A DNA stretch of 64,000 nt, taken from Eledone cirrhosa (lineage: Eukaryota). Of this stretch, positions 61,563-64,000 are shown in pieces. Where the stretch lies: the NCBI GenBank assembly GCA_964016885.1, contig OZ024742.1, positions 183,830,001-183,894,000 of the forward strand, in the 5' to 3' direction. The number at the start of each line of letters is the position of its first letter. The first letter of the stretch is position 1. Both the position numbers and the translations under genes were made by a program. A model generated the notes under the pieces. That model worked only from the letters and a program-made list of their open reading frames with translations, made no database searches and was not told where the DNA came from.

Positions 61563-61752
61563 GGGCGGTGGATTGGCAGTATCGGTGGAGGGTCGGACGC
61601 CATTCTTTCCGGCATAGTTACGTCCCTTTACGATCTGAGTTCAAATCCCGCCGAAGTTGACTTTGCCTTTCATCCTTACGGGGTCGATAAAATAAAGTAG
61701 CAGTAATGCACTGGGTAATTGCTGGCCTTGTGCCTAAAGTAGAAACAATTAT
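61563..61752 (+). mobile_element. SINE A, full length, with TSD attgtttaaata
   Basis: Consensus match; direct repeat on both flanks. Confidence 0.9.
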
Positions 61753-61759
61753 TGTTTAA

Positions 61760-62180
61760 ATAATTATTTCTAACATTGAAAATTTGTGGTGAAGGAAATA
61801 TCGATTATATCGACCTCAGTACATGACTGGTATTTTACTTTATTGACATCGAAAGGGGGAAGGCAAAATTAACTGGATTTAAATTCAGGAAGTAAAGAGC
61901 CGGCACAAATACTGTTAAGCCCGAAGCGCTAACGATTCTGCTAATCCAACGCACCCATATAACTGTTTGTAATATAGACCCAAGGCCAGACCTTTGGGGT
62001 GGCATGGCAAAGTCGATAAAATCGATCCATTATTTGACTGCTACTTCATTTTATCGAGCTCGAATGAATGAACGGCGAAGTTGGACTCGGCGCAATTTGA
62101 ACTCAGAACGTAGAAAGTTGTAACTAAATACCGCAAAGTATTTTACCCGATGCTCAAACGATTCTGCCAATCCGGCGTCA
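61760..62180 (-). mobile_element. Two old SINE A-related copies
   Basis: Diverged tttgaactcagaacgtag ... aacgattctgccaatcc. Confidence 0.65.
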
Positions 62181-62542
62181 TAATAACAATAATAAGAACT
62201 ACAACAGCAACAACAAAACAGCAGCAGCAGCATTTTCACAAGGCAACAAATTTGCAAGGGATCGCTATAGTTTAATGGATGAACATGTTCTCGTTGATAG
62301 CATATGATATTTTATTGATTTTGAATAGATGAAAGAAAAAACTGAACTCCTTGAACTCAGAGTGTAAAAAAACTTTACTAATTAACACATGACTAAGTGT
62401 TCAGCACTCCACCGTTTATAGAATACTACCAGCCTTAATTGCAACAACAAAAAGGAAAGGAGCCGATTATCAGATCGAACCATTGGTCTTTCTTTTGCTC
62501 TTACTATCTGTCGGTAGCAACTTCTGGGGAATAAGTGTGTGT

Positions 62543-62587
<45 letters not shown>

Positions 62588-63194
62588 TGAATGCGTGTAT
62601 GCGAGAGAGAGAGAGAGAGAGAGAGAGGCGGGGGCTGATCATCAGATCAAACCAAGGAGACAATGTTTCCAAATTAATCTTTCATTGCTTATACTAACTG
62701 CTTGATGCAACTCCTGCCAGAAATTGCAACAATATAAATTATACCAATATTAATTAAAATCATGAGGAGGGCATCTTGTCTATGGAAGGAGTCCCTTGAG
62801 GTTAAATGGCTGAGTACTGCTAACTGGTCTCCATGGTAATGCTATCGCCATCTTGTCCGCGGGGTCTTACTGAGATATATAGATTGCTAATTCAACCTTT
62901 CTATCCCCTCCTTTTTTTTCTTTTTTATTTCCCACTTCCTGTTTGTAAATATTATTATATATAATTGAATGGGGAATTTTGAATCAATAAAATGTTTCCG
63001 CTATGAAAGTGTGGTGAAGAACCTTGCCACGACCCTAATAATTATGATAAAGACATGGATATCGATGTTGAATAGTGTTATTGGACGCCGTCTAGTAAGG
63101 ATTAGTCCCTAGTTATACTTGCTGATTCAAATAGGGCTGAGGTTAAATAGCCTTTCATCGTTTCGAGGTCGAGAAAAAGTACCAGTGTACCACC

Positions 63195-63245
<51 letters not shown>

Positions 63246-63281
63246 TCTCTCTCTCTCTCCTCATGAAAAAAATGTAGTGTT

Positions 63282-64000
63282 CAGCCACAGAGAGGAATGA
63301 GCTCCACCAGATTAAACTACTCAAGTAACGCCAAATTCAGCCATAGAAAGGAGATGGGCTCCACCAGATTAAACTACTCAAGTAACACCAAATTCAGCCA
63401 TAGAGTGGAGATGGACTCCACCAGGTTTAAACTACTCAAGTAACGCCAAATTCAGCCATAGAGAGGAGATGGACTCCACCAGGTTTAAACTACTCAAGTA
63501 ACGCCAAATTCAGCCATAGAGAGGAGATGGACTCCATCAGGTTTAAACTACTCAAGTAACGTCAAATTCAGCCAAAGAGAGGAGATGGGCTCCACCAGGT
63601 TTAAACTACTCAAGTAACGCCAAATTCAGCCATAGAGAGGAGATGGACTCCATCAGGTTTAAACTACTCAAGTAACGCCAAATTCAGCCAAAGAGAGGAG
63701 ATGGACTCCATCAGGTTTAAACTACTCAAGTAACGTCAAATTCAGCCATAGAGAGGAGATGGACTCCACCAGGTTTAAACTACTCAAGTAACAGCCATAG
63801 AGAGGAGATGGGCTCCACCAGGTTTAAACTACTCAAGTAACGCCAAATTCAGCCACAGAGAGGAGATGGACTCCACCAGGTTTAAACTACTCAAGTAACA
63901 GCCATAGAGAGGAGATGGGCTCCACCAGGTTTAAACTACTCAAGTAACGCCAAATTCAGCCACAGAGAGGAGATGGACTCCACCAGGTTTAAACTACTCA
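63282..64000. repeat. 58-bp tandem satellite (at least 13 units, continues past the window end)
   Basis: cagccatagagaggagatggactccaccaggtttaaactactcaagtaacgccaaatt; unit starts 63282, 63338, 63395, 63453, 63511, 63569, 63627, 63685, 63743, 63792, 63850, 63899, 63957. Confidence 0.97.

Noticed and set aside
63282-64000. CRISPR-like regular array
   Set aside because: Units are contiguous near-identical monomers with no unique spacers; the context is eukaryotic and no cas genes are present.

Overview
This is AT-rich, microsatellite-saturated animal genomic DNA, intronic or intergenic. The SINE families and (TA)n/(CA)n load look most like an octopus genome, which is my inference. I can support no host protein-coding exon. 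Almost every ORF in the track is a translation of simple repeats. Recognisable parts are more than 20 copies of a tRNA-derived SINE, a second tRNA-headed SINE, decayed LINE reverse-transcriptase fragments (R4/Dong, CR1, RTE), several MITEs and two minisatellites with higher-order structure. The main unexplained structure is a set of short non-coding elements (100-300 bp) in or beside (TA)n tracts, in at least five sequence families. These carry type I hammerhead ribozyme motifs (complete at 10092, 24068 and 44692; mutated or partial elsewhere), often with palindromic loop III. Most share a downstream TTGAGT(A/G)CT motif. Many form long fold-back palindromes whose turning points fall on ribozyme helices. 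They look like a (TA)n-targeted, ribozyme-bearing retroelement system of the Penelope-like or retrozyme-like kind that integrates with cDNA snap-back. All structures were folded by eye, and coordinates of decayed repeats are approximate.
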